DNA of 64,000 nt from Ptychomitrium polyphyllum (GCA_973851085.1 OZ316776.1:14818001-14882000); one strand, 5' to 3'. Positions 24,337 through 37,188 are shown, counted from the first letter of the stretch. Notes: generated by a model from the sequence alone, not told the origin. Numbers and translations are program-made.

Positions 24337-26675
24337 GGCGCCCGAAGAGTGCAACTCGTAATCGCCACGCGCCTCCTCCGCTTATCAGTACCTATGCTAT
24401 ACACCGCAGCAGCAACGACATGGAACAAGATTCTTCGCGCGAGTGCGAGTACGAGTGCGTTCGTCGTTGGCCTCATGCTTCGCCTTCCGCCCTAAATTTC
24501 TTAAACCCTAAACGTAGTTATTTCGTATATCGTATGTATGAGGTATGGGAGTATTCTGTATGTATGGGCCGCGACGTCATGGTCGATAGCAGTGCCATGT
24601 TCCTCCTTCTGGCGTTCTAAAACTGGTGCTATTATGTTCGCCGTTTTGTTCTTTTGGAACCGGTGCTATATTCTTCCTTGTGTTGTTTTAGAATTTTGGC
24701 AATAAATTCTTGAAGAATGTAAGGGACTCCTCTTTAAAAAGTGGGTTTAAGCAAAGATTGTTTTTTGCTTTAGGTTTTTAATTTTATGAAGAGCTGCAGT
24801 ATTTGTTGCATGAAATGTTAAAGTATCATGCCATTACATGATGTACTTAGTTGTAGTTTTTAAGTATTGAGCACAAGGGTAGTTCCATTGATTGTCTGGG
24901 TATATGTTATGGAAGATCTATACGTTTAGGGATTTGTACAAAGGAATTTTTAAGATGAGATTTAAAATTATTGGATCAAACTTTAAGGTTAGAAGCTTAC
25001 ATGTAGGCATTGGTGTGAAACAATTGCATGTGGCGCTAAAAGGTGAATATGATTTTATTGAAAAAATAAAAAATTGTGCTTGAATAGTTATTTTTCTACT
25101 GTAACCAAGGTTTAAGTCCATTTAAAATAAAGCCATAAACTAAAATCTTACTAGGTTGTTTGAATAATTTTATGTTATAAAATTGGCTTAACATTGCTAG
25201 TAAGTAATAAAGTGAAATGGTTTTGTAATTTTTATTCCAAAATGATGACAAAAGAAAATGATTAATTCTCTTAGTAAAATAAATAATTAAGTCGGTAATT
25301 GAAAAATGTATTTTTTTTGCAATATACACATTAAAATTTATGTAATAGTTTTTAAAATAAAAGTTATGAAAACAAATGTATCCATTTCAAAGCTCAAAAA
25401 ACATGAAGAAGTCATAATTGTTAAAGTAAAAATGGTGTTAATAAAAACTAACTAAAAATTGAAATAAACTATGATTTAATATTCTTTAAAATTTTGAATT
25501 TATTGGATTAAAATTAGATACTTGATTTTGTATTTGCAATGCAATACGTTTTCAAAATTCTAAAATTAAAAAATCATGAAACAATATAACAGAGTCTCAA
25601 ACTTAATAAATAAATTTTGTCAAACATTCCAATAAAAATTTCATAAGCTTGTAAAATTTGTGGCATATTTATGCAAAATTTGTATACTTCCAACTTTGAC
25701 ATAGACTTAACATAAAAGATTAAGAAAGAGAAGGATCAAAATGGACAAGTATGAATAGGTTTTGTTACATAAGTTTTAGGAGCCTATATATACAAATCTA
25801 TTTAAATGAAGTGGTGTTTAGATCCTTCATCCCTTCATTTATAAATCAAAAAGAATATTTTTAATCTTTTTTATAAAAATTCCTTCTTATTTTTAGTTTT
25901 TGATATTTTTTCCAATATTTTAAAATAGTATCTTAAAAACAAGAAATTTCACCAAATAAATTATATAATTGAATATAATTGCCAATTTGGTTTATAAATT
26001 TATATATGCTAAATTTAATATGCATAAGTACTGGCATACTTTAGATTGCAAGTCTCACGTGCTTGAAGTTCCATGCAATTAATACATAGTATACCATGAA
26101 ATGCTTTTATTTTTTATTACTCAACCTTCTAAATTTTTTAAGCTAATATATAATAAGTTTAAGAATATAAAAATTGGTCTTATATTCATACTCACAAAAA
26201 TAATTCAGTAATGACCAAATGTTTCATAATATCACTAATTATAAATTATATATTATCTCAAATTAGTGGTATAAAGATGATTAATGGAAATTGAATAATC
26301 CATGTGTATCAAAATTCAATGACAAATGCTTTATAAAAATTAAATCTCTTACTAAAAACCTTTGAAAAATAAGGTTTTTAATTAAGATGATTGAATTTAA
26401 AATAAAATCAATAAGAAACATTGCAAATACCAACCTTATTTCTAATTGTTGAATTCATCTTGTATGTAGATCCTAAAAATGCAATAAAATATTCAATGTT
26501 GTATTAATATACATTGATAAAAACATTCAAAAGATACAAAATTTAACTTATAATTTAACGTTTTGAAAAAAATTAGTAATTTTAATTCTATTAATAAAAT
26601 ATCATATATAATTGTATATGTAATACATGTACACATATTTATATGTATTTATATTTGTATATATTTTTTGAAACA

Positions 26676-28766
26676 TCAAATGATTGTTGCAATTTCTTGA
26701 CATGAAGCACTATAGTGATATAATGCAATACATGTACTTATTATAGCAATTAAACTTGCAATCACAAGGCCTATAATTAAATCTCTCTTTTTTTTGGGAG
26801 GAGAAAAATTCAATAAGTTTATTAGTGGTGAAGGTAGTGGATAACTTGGTGGAGGATATGATGATGGTGGTAATGAAAACAAAGGTGGAGGATTTAGCAC
26901 AAGTGGATTATTAGAAGATGGTGGTGGCAATGACGGAATTGGAAAACTTAGTAGATGTGATGGAGGCAGATTATTAGGAAGAAGTGGTGATGGTGGTATT
27001 GTTAGAAGATTTAGTGGAGGTGGTGGAGGGGAGTTACTAAATGGTGGAGGGAAATGATCATTAAGTGGTAGTGGAGAGAGATCTTTCGATGGTGGTAGTG
27101 GTGCTGGTAATAAAGATGGAGGATTTAATGACAGTGGTGGTGGAGGTGGATTACTAAGAAGTGGTGGTGGTAATGAAGGTGGAGGTGGATTACCAAAAGG
27201 TGGAGGTGGATAATTAGGGGGTGTTGATGGTGGAGAATCACTAGGAGGTGGTGGAGGTGGATTATTAGGAAATGGTGGTGGAAGTAGATCATTAGGAGGT
27301 GGTGGTGGTAGATGTGGAGGTGGTGGTGGTGGAGGTGGAGGTGGAGGTGGAGGTGGAAGTGGAGGTGGATCACTAGAAGGTGGATCATTAGGAGGTGGTC
27401 GTCGAAGTGGAGGTGGTGGTGGTGGAGGTGGAGGTGGAGGTGGATCACTAGGAGGTGGATCATTAGGAGGTGGTGGTGGAAGTGGAGGTGGTGGTGGTGG
27501 TGGAAGTGGAGGTGGTGGTGGTGGTGGAAGTGGAGGTGGAGGTGGATCATTAGAAGGTGGATCATTAGGAGGTGGTGGTGGATCACTAGGAGGTGGATCA
27601 TTAGGAGGTAGTGGTGGAAGTGGAGGTGGTGGTGGTAGAGGTGGAGGTGGAGGTGGAGGTGGATCACTAGAAGGTGGATCATTAGGAGGTGGTGGTGGTA
27701 GAGGTGGAGGTGGAGGTGGAGGTGGATCACTAGGAGGTGGATCATTAGGAGGTGGTGGTGGTAGAGGTGGAGGTGGATCTCTAGGAGGTGGTGGTGGTGG
27801 AGGTTGATTATTAGGAGGTGGTGGTGGAGGTAGATCACTAGGAGTTGGTGGTGTTGATGATAATAGAGGTGGAGGACTTGGTGGAGGTGGCGGAGGCGGA
27901 TCATTAGGAGGAGGTGGATGTTGACCAATTGTTAAAGTACTAAAAAAATTCCATGAATAAATTGTGTTGGTTTCTTGATATGTTCCATTACCACCAGAAA
28001 AACCTATATACATGTAATCATTAAATACAGTAGAAAGGTTAAAATTATGCATATGAATGTAGGATGAGGTGGGCTTGACAACATTGTTAGCTAAATCACC
28101 ATTTGTGAGCCGAACATCAAGGATTTGATTTACACTATTATAATCAATCCAAGCTGTAAAATTTCCATTGTTAATAAAATAGTTGCATTGCGAATTAGAA
28201 GCTGAACAAAAGTCATATGTTTGATTGGATGTCATTTTGTTAATGTTAACTCCAATATGTGAAGAACTTGGATCACTAAATGGATAATTCAAGGTTGTAT
28301 CAAATTCCACTGCAAAAATATGATTGCTTATTCTATTATTTGTTGATGATGTGACAAGGCCAAGGTATCCTCCAGGACCACCAATACTAGTTGCATCAGG
28401 TGCAATAACAAATGCAAATCCATCTCCTCCATATGTAACATTATTGGCAGTGATGGCAAATGTAAATGATGTATTAAACGAAGTAACATCATTTGTGGCC
28501 CCATTTGCAACATGTATACCTTGTTTATACATAGCTCTCCCCATACCAGACATTTTATTATTTGGAGTTTTGGCATCGAGTAATATTGCATCATTTGAAA
28601 TTAAGCAATCATCTATAAGTGAAAAGCCACTACTATAAGATGAAGAAAATGATGGAAATATTAAGTTTGTTATTTCTTGTGCAACAAATTGATGACAAGA
28701 TGCAATAATAATGAAAATGATCAACAAAAGCCATAATGATTTAATTCTTCCATAATTTCTACGCAT
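26676..28766 (-). CDS. Signal peptide + legume (L-type) lectin domain + ~370-aa poly-proline stalk + single TM, no kinase domain
   Basis: 696-aa intronless ORF. It has a hydrophobic N-terminus, lectin motifs GRAMY, SFNTSFTFAI, GGDGFAFVIAP, GGYLGL, FAVEFDT, HIGVNIN, AWIDY, MYIGFSG and IYSWNF, then Pro-rich repeats, then KKKRDLIIGLVIASLIAIISTCIALY and a short tail. Confidence 0.85.
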   Translation of the reverse strand: MRRNYGRIKSLWLLLIIFIIIASCHQFVAQEITNLIFPSFSSSYSSGFSLIDDCLISNDAILLDAKTPNNKMSGMGRAMYKQGIHVANGATNDVTSFNTSFTFAITANNVTYGGDGFAFVIAPDATSIGGPGGYLGLVTSSTNNRISNHIFAVEFDTTLNYPFSDPSSSHIGVNINKMTSNQTYDFCSASNSQCNYFINNGNFTAWIDYNSVNQILDVRLTNGDLANNVVKPTSSYIHMHNFNLSTVFNDYMYIGFSGGNGTYQETNTIYSWNFFSTLTIGQHPPPPNDPPPPPPPSPPPLLSSTPPTPSDLPPPPPPNNQPPPPPPPRDPPPPLPPPPPNDPPPSDPPPPPPPPLPPPPPNDPPSSDPPPPPPPPLPPPPPLPPLPPNDPPPSDPPPPPNDPPSNDPPPPPLPPPPPPPLPPPPPPPLPPPPPNDPPPSDPPPPPPPPPPPPLRRPPPNDPPSSDPPPLPPPPPPPPPPPPPPHLPPPPPNDLLPPPFPNNPPPPPPSDSPPSTPPNYPPPPFGNPPPPSLPPPLLSNPPPPPLSLNPPSLLPAPLPPSKDLSPLPLNDHFPPPFSNSPPPPPLNLLTIPPSPLLPNNLPPSHLLSFPIPSLPPPSSNNPLVLNPPPLFSLPPSSYPPPSYPLPSPLINLLNFSPPKKKRDLIIGLVIASLIAIISTCIALYHYSASCQEIATII
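27125..27920. repeat. Coding tandem repeat, GGT/GGA-rich, with recurring unit GGTGGATCACTAG(G/A)AGGTGGATCATTAGGAGG
   Basis: Encodes about six NDPP(P/S)(S/N)DPP units separated by poly-Pro runs on the minus strand. Confidence 0.85.
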
Positions 28767-30750
28767 TTCTTGTAAGACGTATCATCATTCATAATTTATA
28801 TGTAATTGTGCTTTTTTTTTCATTCCATCCTATTAAAAACAACAGAGTTTTAAAGGATTTGTAAATTATTATAAATATAATTATTACTTCCAAGTATTTG
28901 ATATGAAATACATATTTTTGCAATGAAAAAATAGTTCAAAACCATATAAACATTAAAAACTTATTATTCATATTTATAAGGATAAAAAAAATTAAAAAAT
29001 AATAATAATATACATACATATACATACATATAAACAACTCTAAATTGATGTAAGTTTTTACCTAACATCATTTTATAAAAAAATAGACTTCCAATCATTT
29101 TTATTTTACTTCTGATCACTGAACACAAAATATGAAATGATATTTTTTGAATTTTTTTGGAAATAATCTACAATCTTTGTATGTATTACAAGAAGATTTC
29201 AATAAAAAAAAATGATTAGCTTTCATCATAATGGATTCATATGGCACACAGGGGAAAAAATCAGTTGTGTTTTGATATAAAGTGACATATAAATATAAAT
29301 TTAGAGGCTCATAATGTTAATAGTATTTTTTTTTTAAATTGCACATTGAATTAAAATACTTTAATTTCAATCATTATTTTAATGTGCAAATACACACGAA
29401 CTTATATTTCAAATGTTATTGTGTAAATAATTATCCACCATTATTAAAGAAGAAATTGAGTATTTTTGAATATTTGAATAGTATTGAATGATCATAAATA
29501 CATGTGATTCATGTTTGAATAAAAGTTGAATGAAAATCCTATCATATATGTGAAATAAATTATAAATTTTATGATTATGAGTTTTAAAATTTTAATAAGT
29601 CTTTGGATTTATTGAATGTGGTTGTAAAGCTTTTATTATTCTTTTTTGTATTGAAACTTTATAAAATCTTTTAGGTTTATATATACAATTTTCAAGTTTA
29701 AATACATAATTAATATTGTATATTCAAATATTTAATTTTTTTAAACCATTCTAAATATTTCCTACTTTATGTTCATGTTTTTTATATAGTATACACTTTG
29801 CATAACTTTTACATTATAAGGTTTTAATTCTTTTGCGTGTTTACATCCATGCATTTATAAAAGTTTATAGTTAATTTTTAGTATTCAAAAATATGAAAAG
29901 CATAACACTTTTGCACTATAATATTTCATTTTTGTTTAATATTAGTAACAATCATTAGTGCCGCATGTGTCAATAATTTCTAAAACCTTTTATAATCTTG
30001 CTTTCAAAAAATAAATCAATTCCAATTACATTATTACATTTATGTTTTTTGATTATCATCAATGTATTTATAGCAAGCTTGCAATTATATAATGTATGAA
30101 TTGTATTTATATCTTTTAATATTATAAGTAGTAAAATAAATTTGGATACATTTAGAAATAATACATATGAAGTGTTTCATTATTCTAAAATTTATCAATT
30201 TCTCATTCACATCATTTTATATAAGGTGCATTTTGCATTGAATCTTATTCACATTATAATATATGTTTTTTCCACACTTATTCTTATACATTTTAAATAT
30301 ACTTATACTTGTGTGTTTTATTTTAAACATATTAGTTTATTTTGATTTTGAATCCATCTGAAACTTTTAGCCATTTATAGAACCTAAGTTTAACCATTTT
30401 TATTAATTTTGAGTTAGAATTATTTAAAGCTATCAAATAATTTTGCCTTTCTAATGCCAAAACAATAATTGATATTAGCAACATATCATCTTGTTTAAAG
30501 ATCCAAGATATTAAAAAAGTAAAATTTATCACTTTCTTTGAATAAACAATAATTTAATGTCAATCTTCCTTGATAACTGGATTATTCCATTATTATTTTA
30601 CTAACATTATGAGCTTTGCATATTCAATAGTTTGCAATGATTAATATTTCTTTGCAAAATCTACTTGTCATAAAAATTAATTGCTTTCATTAGACATATG
30701 TGATTTTTAATATGATAATATATTACAAAATTAAATTAAATTAAAAAAAA

Positions 30751-30752
<2 letters not shown>

Positions 30753-30793
<41 letters not shown>
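30753..30793. repeat. (TA)n microsatellite followed by a poly-T tract
   Basis: About 20 TA units, directly visible. Confidence 0.9.
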
Positions 30794-30801
<8 letters not shown>

Positions 30802-30922
30802 TTTTTATTTTTTTTTCTTATTATATGATTATAATTCTCAAACTAATAACCAAAATAACCTACAAATATTGTATCTTACAAATTTTTTGATACAATATTA
30901 TCGTAAGGTATAATATTTGATT

Positions 30923-31291
30923 TAAATAATTTAATGACTCTTTTTAAATCAATACAATGTTAAGCTAAACATTGGTATATGATTTGATTGTGTTATAATA
31001 GATAATATATATTAAAATATATTAGAATTTATAAGGTTTTAAATACAATGATAAAAATCTCAAAAATACTTAATAATGGTTTTTATAATGACAATAAGAT
31101 TGAATGAAACTATAAATTTTTTATGTTGAAAAGAATAATATTTATAGTTATAATTGTGATTCTCAAAAATTAAAACCAATCTTTGAATCCATATTATATT
31201 GAAGTCTTAATGGTATCATAATTATTACAATGAAAATAATCTATTATTACAAAATCAAGTTTTGATTTAAAAAGAGTCATTAAATTATTTA
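30923..31291. mobile_element. Candidate MITE / fold-back element with 30-bp perfect inverted repeats
   Basis: 30923-30952 TAAATAATTTAATGACTCTTTTTAAATCAA is the exact reverse complement of 31262-31291. The interior is AT-rich and non-coding, and both outer ends read TA. Confidence 0.45.
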
Positions 31292-32721
31292 TTTTTTGTT
31301 GAAACTTGCTATTTGTATCATATTATATAACAACATATATCCATATTTTTCACTATGTTTTTAAAAATATTTTAAAATAACTATATTTTTATTTATTGCT
31401 TATGCATACTAATTTTACCTACTAATAAATTGATTATTTATTAATATTGGAAAAGTATAAAATTTTCATTTAGAAGAAAGAATGTGGTTATATTCCATTG
31501 ATATTTTAATGTTATAATTTAATGTATAATCTTTAAGAGCCTTTAATTTTTTTAATTTTTTATTAAGGTGTTATTTAAATTTTGTTGTATTTTAATATTG
31601 TACAAAAAAATTAATATAAATTTATTAAGTTATTATTATTATTTTTTATGCTTGCTTTAATAATATTTACTAATAAACCAATTTCGTTTTGAATAAATAA
31701 ACTTTTAAAAAAAAGTTGACAAATATTGTGTTTTGATTAATCAATTTAATGTAAATATTGCAAGGTTTTTAGTTTAAGAAAGTAAGATTAATTTTACTCA
31801 AAAATACATAATATAATTTAGAATGGATTGTACATTAATTAAGAAGGTTTTCATTAAATTTGGATTTATGGAATATAAATTATCAAATAGATAAATGGAC
31901 GTTTCTATCATATTGAAGTGGTACTTGAAATTTTGGATATGAATATTGTTAGAATATAATTTATACTACAAAAAATATATGTCATATAAATTTTAATACA
32001 AGATAATAATGAAACAAGCATTTTATTTATATTGACTACTAAAAAAACTCAAGTTATTCTACCATTATAAAAGTACATTTTTGTCTTTAATAATAATTGA
32101 GGACATAATTGATACTTTAAAATATCAAGTGGTTGCAATAGCTGTAAGTATACATGTTTAGGCATTGATTCAATTTAATTAGCACTTGCATTTATATATT
32201 GTTTAGTTTATGTGGCCAAAATTCAAATATAAGTAAATGATTCAATTTCTTGCAAATTATAAACTTTATATCATTAAAAATAATATTTGAATTTTAATAT
32301 ATTCCTTTTGTAAGATGAAGTCATTAAAGTGTTATATTAATTTTATGATCTTGTATTACAATTTATATATGATGGTGATATATGACGGAGGCAATTTTGT
32401 AAAAGTGTTAAAATTGTAAATTAGAGTAAAAATTGATATTCATAAGACCTAGGTATTCAAAATGTAACATCTTGAATGTAATTTTGCAAATTCCACATTG
32501 ATTATTGTAAAAATAAAAACTTAGTGGATGGCACAAATTCTCAACAATACTTCAGTTATCTTTTTCCTCCAAATCACTTGTATTTAAAAGAGATGGATAT
32601 TGTTGTCTTCTAAAGTCATTTATAAATAAACCTTTTTTTCTTAGAATGTCACTAATGAACTAGCCACTTGCACTTAATTATGTTTATAATTGAAGCACAT
32701 ATTTCAATAGTACAAGGTGTC

Positions 32722-32781
32722 TTCCAACTTTGATCAACTAATTCCAACTTTGACCAACTAATACCAACTTTGACCAACTAA
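32722..32781. repeat. 20-bp tandem repeat x3
   Basis: T(T/A)CCAACTTTGA(T/C)CAACTAA occurs three times head-to-tail. Confidence 0.85.
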
Positions 32782-33532
32782 CTTAGAATCTACAATTACA
32801 AAAATTCCCTCAACAAATCAAGAGAAAAGGATTAATGTTATAAGCAACTCTAATTTGTTGACAGATTACTTTCAATTCTAAAATCTAGGTGAATTGTTCA
32901 ATGTTAAGTTATTTCAAACATGTTTCTTGGGAATATCAGGTGATCAATTATGGTTCATTAACCTCCTTCATTAGTTTTTTGAATTCTAGTTGCCATAATG
33001 AATGTCATGATTGACATAATACAGCTCTTTGCCCATTGCATACAACCACTTCTGAACAGTTAGAATGGTTCCTCACTGAAGGTCTGGACCTGCAGCGTTG
33101 CACAAACGGATCGAAGAGAACACCAGACACTCCGTACCTAACATTTTTGATACACGAAGTTTCCAATAAAATTGTACTAGAATTTATGGGTACATATCAA
33201 TATCCTAACTCTGCTAGGTAGTACCGAAATATATACTCAAATATCACGATAAAGAGGCTAAATTTGAATTCACTTCAGCTTCAGGCCGCACCTACCACGT
33301 CTGTGAACAACACCGTCATTTGTGCATATCTTACACCATACACGTAACACAGAATACAGTCATGAGGTGCCAATGCGAAATTTGGACCGTCACGAAGACC
33401 AGGTAAACTCAACCTTCTAGTGTTCTATACACCTCTCTCACAGTATTCGATTATTGATCTGACATCGTCCCACATCAGACGCGTGAGAACCTACAAAAAT
33501 GTTAATATACAAGATAGTTTGACCAGCTTTAA

Positions 33533-36500
33533 TCATACATATTCCGGCCTAACTAAGTTCTCCGCTCCAACATTGTCTCGAAGCCGATCAAGGGTTGATG
33601 CAACTGTCTTCGCCTCGGCTCGAAGACGCTCAAGGACAACATTTATGGCGTCTGATTTCTGCAGGTACGAAAATGCATTAGAAACAGACCTCCCGGGACA
33701 AGGCCTTCGAAACCTTCATCAAATGAACCATGCATCTACCTTCAGTCACTTGGGCACAACGCGCATACAAAAGGACAAGTGATGATGGTGTCGTAGTAGA
33801 ACAAGAAGCATGGTTGCTACCTCATTACCCTAATTTTCGAAAAGGATCTATTCCAAAAATTTAATCACTAATCATAGGAGCTCTGCGGTAACCAAGAATT
33901 CCTGCAGAAGATTTCAGGGACTACGAAACTAGCTCCTCAAAAAGAAGTGGCATTCATTCAAGTGATATTCAGTTGGTAAGAGTACGTACTTGTTTTTTCT
34001 CCATGAGTTGCACTTGCTCCAGCTGAGTGGCTCTAATCTCTTTTTCAATCAGACTCGTCATCTTCGAATTGATACCCTGGTTCTCGCTAGAATAAGAGGC
34101 CAAATTCTCGTCCCTGCTTCTCAAGGGGCGTCGACCCTCTTGGCCAGTTTCTGCAGCACCTGTATTTGACTGGCTGTATGCCATTGGAGCCAATTTCACA
34201 CCCTTCTGTAGACTTGAAATTCTCTCCTTTGAAGGAGTGTTCTCCCTTTGAGCCCTCTTCTGGCGATGTTCAGACAAGAGATTTGAAGACAGGGACGACA
34301 TCTTAGGACTTAAATCAGTGATACAGCTTACAGGAGTTTTCAGCACATAAGTTGAGGTTTGCTTTCGGATTGGTGTTCGTGAGGCTGATGGACTCACAGT
34401 CACGAGCACATCATCAAACAATTCTGGATGTGTTGTCACTCTATTACTCCAAGATCGGCCTGAAGCAGTACTAGTGATTGAATGAGACCGTTGTAAGTAG
34501 TACTCCTTGTTGAGGGATGGTTGATAAACATCGTCCAATCTAACCGAAGTAGATCGCTCTGGTGTGGCAGAATCCACTGCTTTTGAATACATGATATCCT
34601 CCTTCTTGGCCGGAGACATTGGATAAAGATTCTCCAATCTGACCGAAGAGGTTCGCCCCGGTGCTGTAGAGTCAACTCCTTTGAAGAGGACATTTGACTG
34701 TTGACGAAGACTCTCCAATTTCACTGAAGAAGAACCCCCTGGTATGGCAGAATGCACTTCTTTCGACGACATTTCCTCATCTTTCTTCATCGGAGACGCT
34801 GAATAAAGACTCTCCACTCTCTGCGAAGAGGAGCGCACTGATGGTGCAAAATCCACTACTTTGACGGGAGGACTTTCATCCTTCTTGACCAATGAATTTC
34901 GACGGAAACTCTCCAACCTCACCGAAGAAGATCGTACCGAAGTGGCTGAACGCACTTCCTTGGAGGGCGTTTCATAAGTAGGATGAAATGGAGAAGTAGG
35001 ATAAAGACTCTCCAATCTAGCTGAGGAGGAACGCACCGGTGTGGTCTGCGATTTGTTCTCAGACGTGGACATCCTAGGAAGGGTACGATCGACATGTACC
35101 GTAGCGGGTCTCCTTACAGGACTGTGAGGAGCTTTCTTTGACAGGCAACGACCTTTAGGCATCCACGATGTAGAATACAACGATGCTGCATCGCACTTCT
35201 CAGCCACAGACGAACTTCTTGTTGCTCTTATTTCACGGAGGGGTCTCAACAAATGCCCTGCTTCTGGAGTTCTGGTATGTACACCAAACTCTCTCGTCAA
35301 AGGAGAGATATTGGCTGCAGCAGACCTTTCTGATCGTAATCTATTCAGAAGCACGTCCAGATTTTCCTGTAACTTTTCATTATTCTCGTCCTGTGCAACA
35401 CATGTGGATGCTATTCGAACTTCAAAAGTACCGAACTCCGACTTTGGATCTGCCGCGGTTTTAGGAATAGAGTCTTTCTGTAATATCGGAGAACTTGGTA
35501 ACTTCGATCTGGGCGCATGATCCTGGTACTGGGCTCGCGTTCCAGGATCGGGTTTCATAGTTGATTGCGATTCCGCAGCCACTGGTGAACCTGTCGGATT
35601 CCAGTACCTCTGCCGCACACTAGCAAATTGTTGCACCCACTTGGAAGGCTTACCACCAAACTCCCGTTCTAAATTGTTCACTGTTGATTTTGCTCTCTCG
35701 CGGAGGTTCTGAAGATTTTCAGACTCCCATTTTCTGGGTGTGCCAAAGACATTGCGTTGGTTGGGTATCTGTGGAGTGTGCACCTGTGCAACAGGCCTGG
35801 AGACGTGGCCTGCAGCATATTGTTGCGCTTTCAAATTGCAATTTGCACAGAAGCTTCTCCTTCTTTCTAAGTTGAAGATATCACGCTTTTCCTTATCTGA
35901 CAAACACGCGTAGGCCTGTTGCAACAAGATGCAAGTAGACATGAGTGACATCAAGGCACTGTACGTAATGGCTTGATTGTATGTAAACACGATTTTTAAA
36001 ATTAGGAGATCCAACGGCTGAAACAGGTAGAGGAGCTAAAGAGCTTGGGCCTACATGACACAACCTGAAAAGGACTATCGACAACAATCAATGAGGGTTG
36101 AGATTTCCTCAACGTTAACACATCAGCGTACGAGAGAGCTTGTGGGAGGCTGATAAGGCTGTACCTCGGTAATAAGTTTAAACGCTCCTTCGGAATTGAC
36201 ATGTTTGTTCTTGTCGGGATGAAGTAACAGAGCTGCAGACAGGATGATGGAGGGTAACGATTAGCATATAACACTTGTGTCCAAATTAGCTTGTTCTCTC
36301 ATAATCGAAGATTTGTGATCACAATGGTAATGCTTTAGAACTAAAACAAGTATAGTGCAGGCAAGCATACTGTAGACAAGAACATAAGATATACCAGCAG
36401 AGGCTACTAAAGCATTTTTTACATTACTGTTTATTGGAGGTAAAGACATGCATTACTGGATCTGGCTAAAAGGTCACTTGATGTTCAAAGCAATGAGACG

Positions 36501-37188
36501 AGTGCATTCAACTTGCATTCTACAGCAATCACCATACCTAGTTGCCGATACCGCTTCTTAATGGTTTCAAAGTCCGCCCTCTCGTCAACCTGAAAAGAAC
36601 TTACGTCAAAAAAACTATCTGAAGGAAACGGCTAGTTCTATATGTTTCTACCAGAACAACGAAAGACCATCATATTCACTAGGGTTATAAAACCTTTCTA
36701 GTTGGGACATGCGAAGCACAATTAACGGATTTAAGGCAACCTTAGCTAGTTGATACTTCACTACATTAACCCAATATGCATCACGTCATGTCTTTCTCAT
36801 CAACACACATTCTAGAAGACACGAGAGGAAGGGATGCATTCCTGGGAATCAGACGTAAACAGAGCATGCATGAAATGTCATATTGGTCAAGAAGATGTCA
36901 GCCGACCTTGAGAACATGGTACCAGTCGGGGAGCTTCCGGATGTAAGGACGTGAACAATGGCATGCGCGCCAAGTTGCTGCATAGCAAACCTGAGTGACC
37001 GCCATGAGCTCTGGAAGGTTCTTGCAATTGGGAAAGACATTTTCAGTCTTCTGCAGCAGCTGAATGGCACTCTCGAACCGGCCTTCGGTAAGGTATCTGC
37101 TAGCTCGATCCATCCATCGTCTCGCCTCCACTTCTTCGCTTTTGCAATGCTCTTGGTGTTCCAAGCTTGAGCGACGAGGACTCTCCAT
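33533..37188 (-). CDS. J-domain (DnaJ type C) protein with a long Ser-rich repetitive C-terminal region (5 exons, 817 aa)
   Basis: Exons 37188-36907, 36589-36538, 36232-36165, 35915-33990 and 33658-33533 total 2454 nt and are phase-consistent. The spliced J-domain reads DWYHVLKVDERADFETIKKRYRQLALLLHPDKNKHVNSEGAFKLITEAYACLSD, with an intact HPD motif. Confidence 0.9.

Noticed and set aside
27125..27928. His/Leu-rich 267-aa and Trp/Arg-rich 99-aa ORFs
   Set aside because: These are alternative-frame and antisense shadows of the poly-proline codon repeat in the lectin gene.
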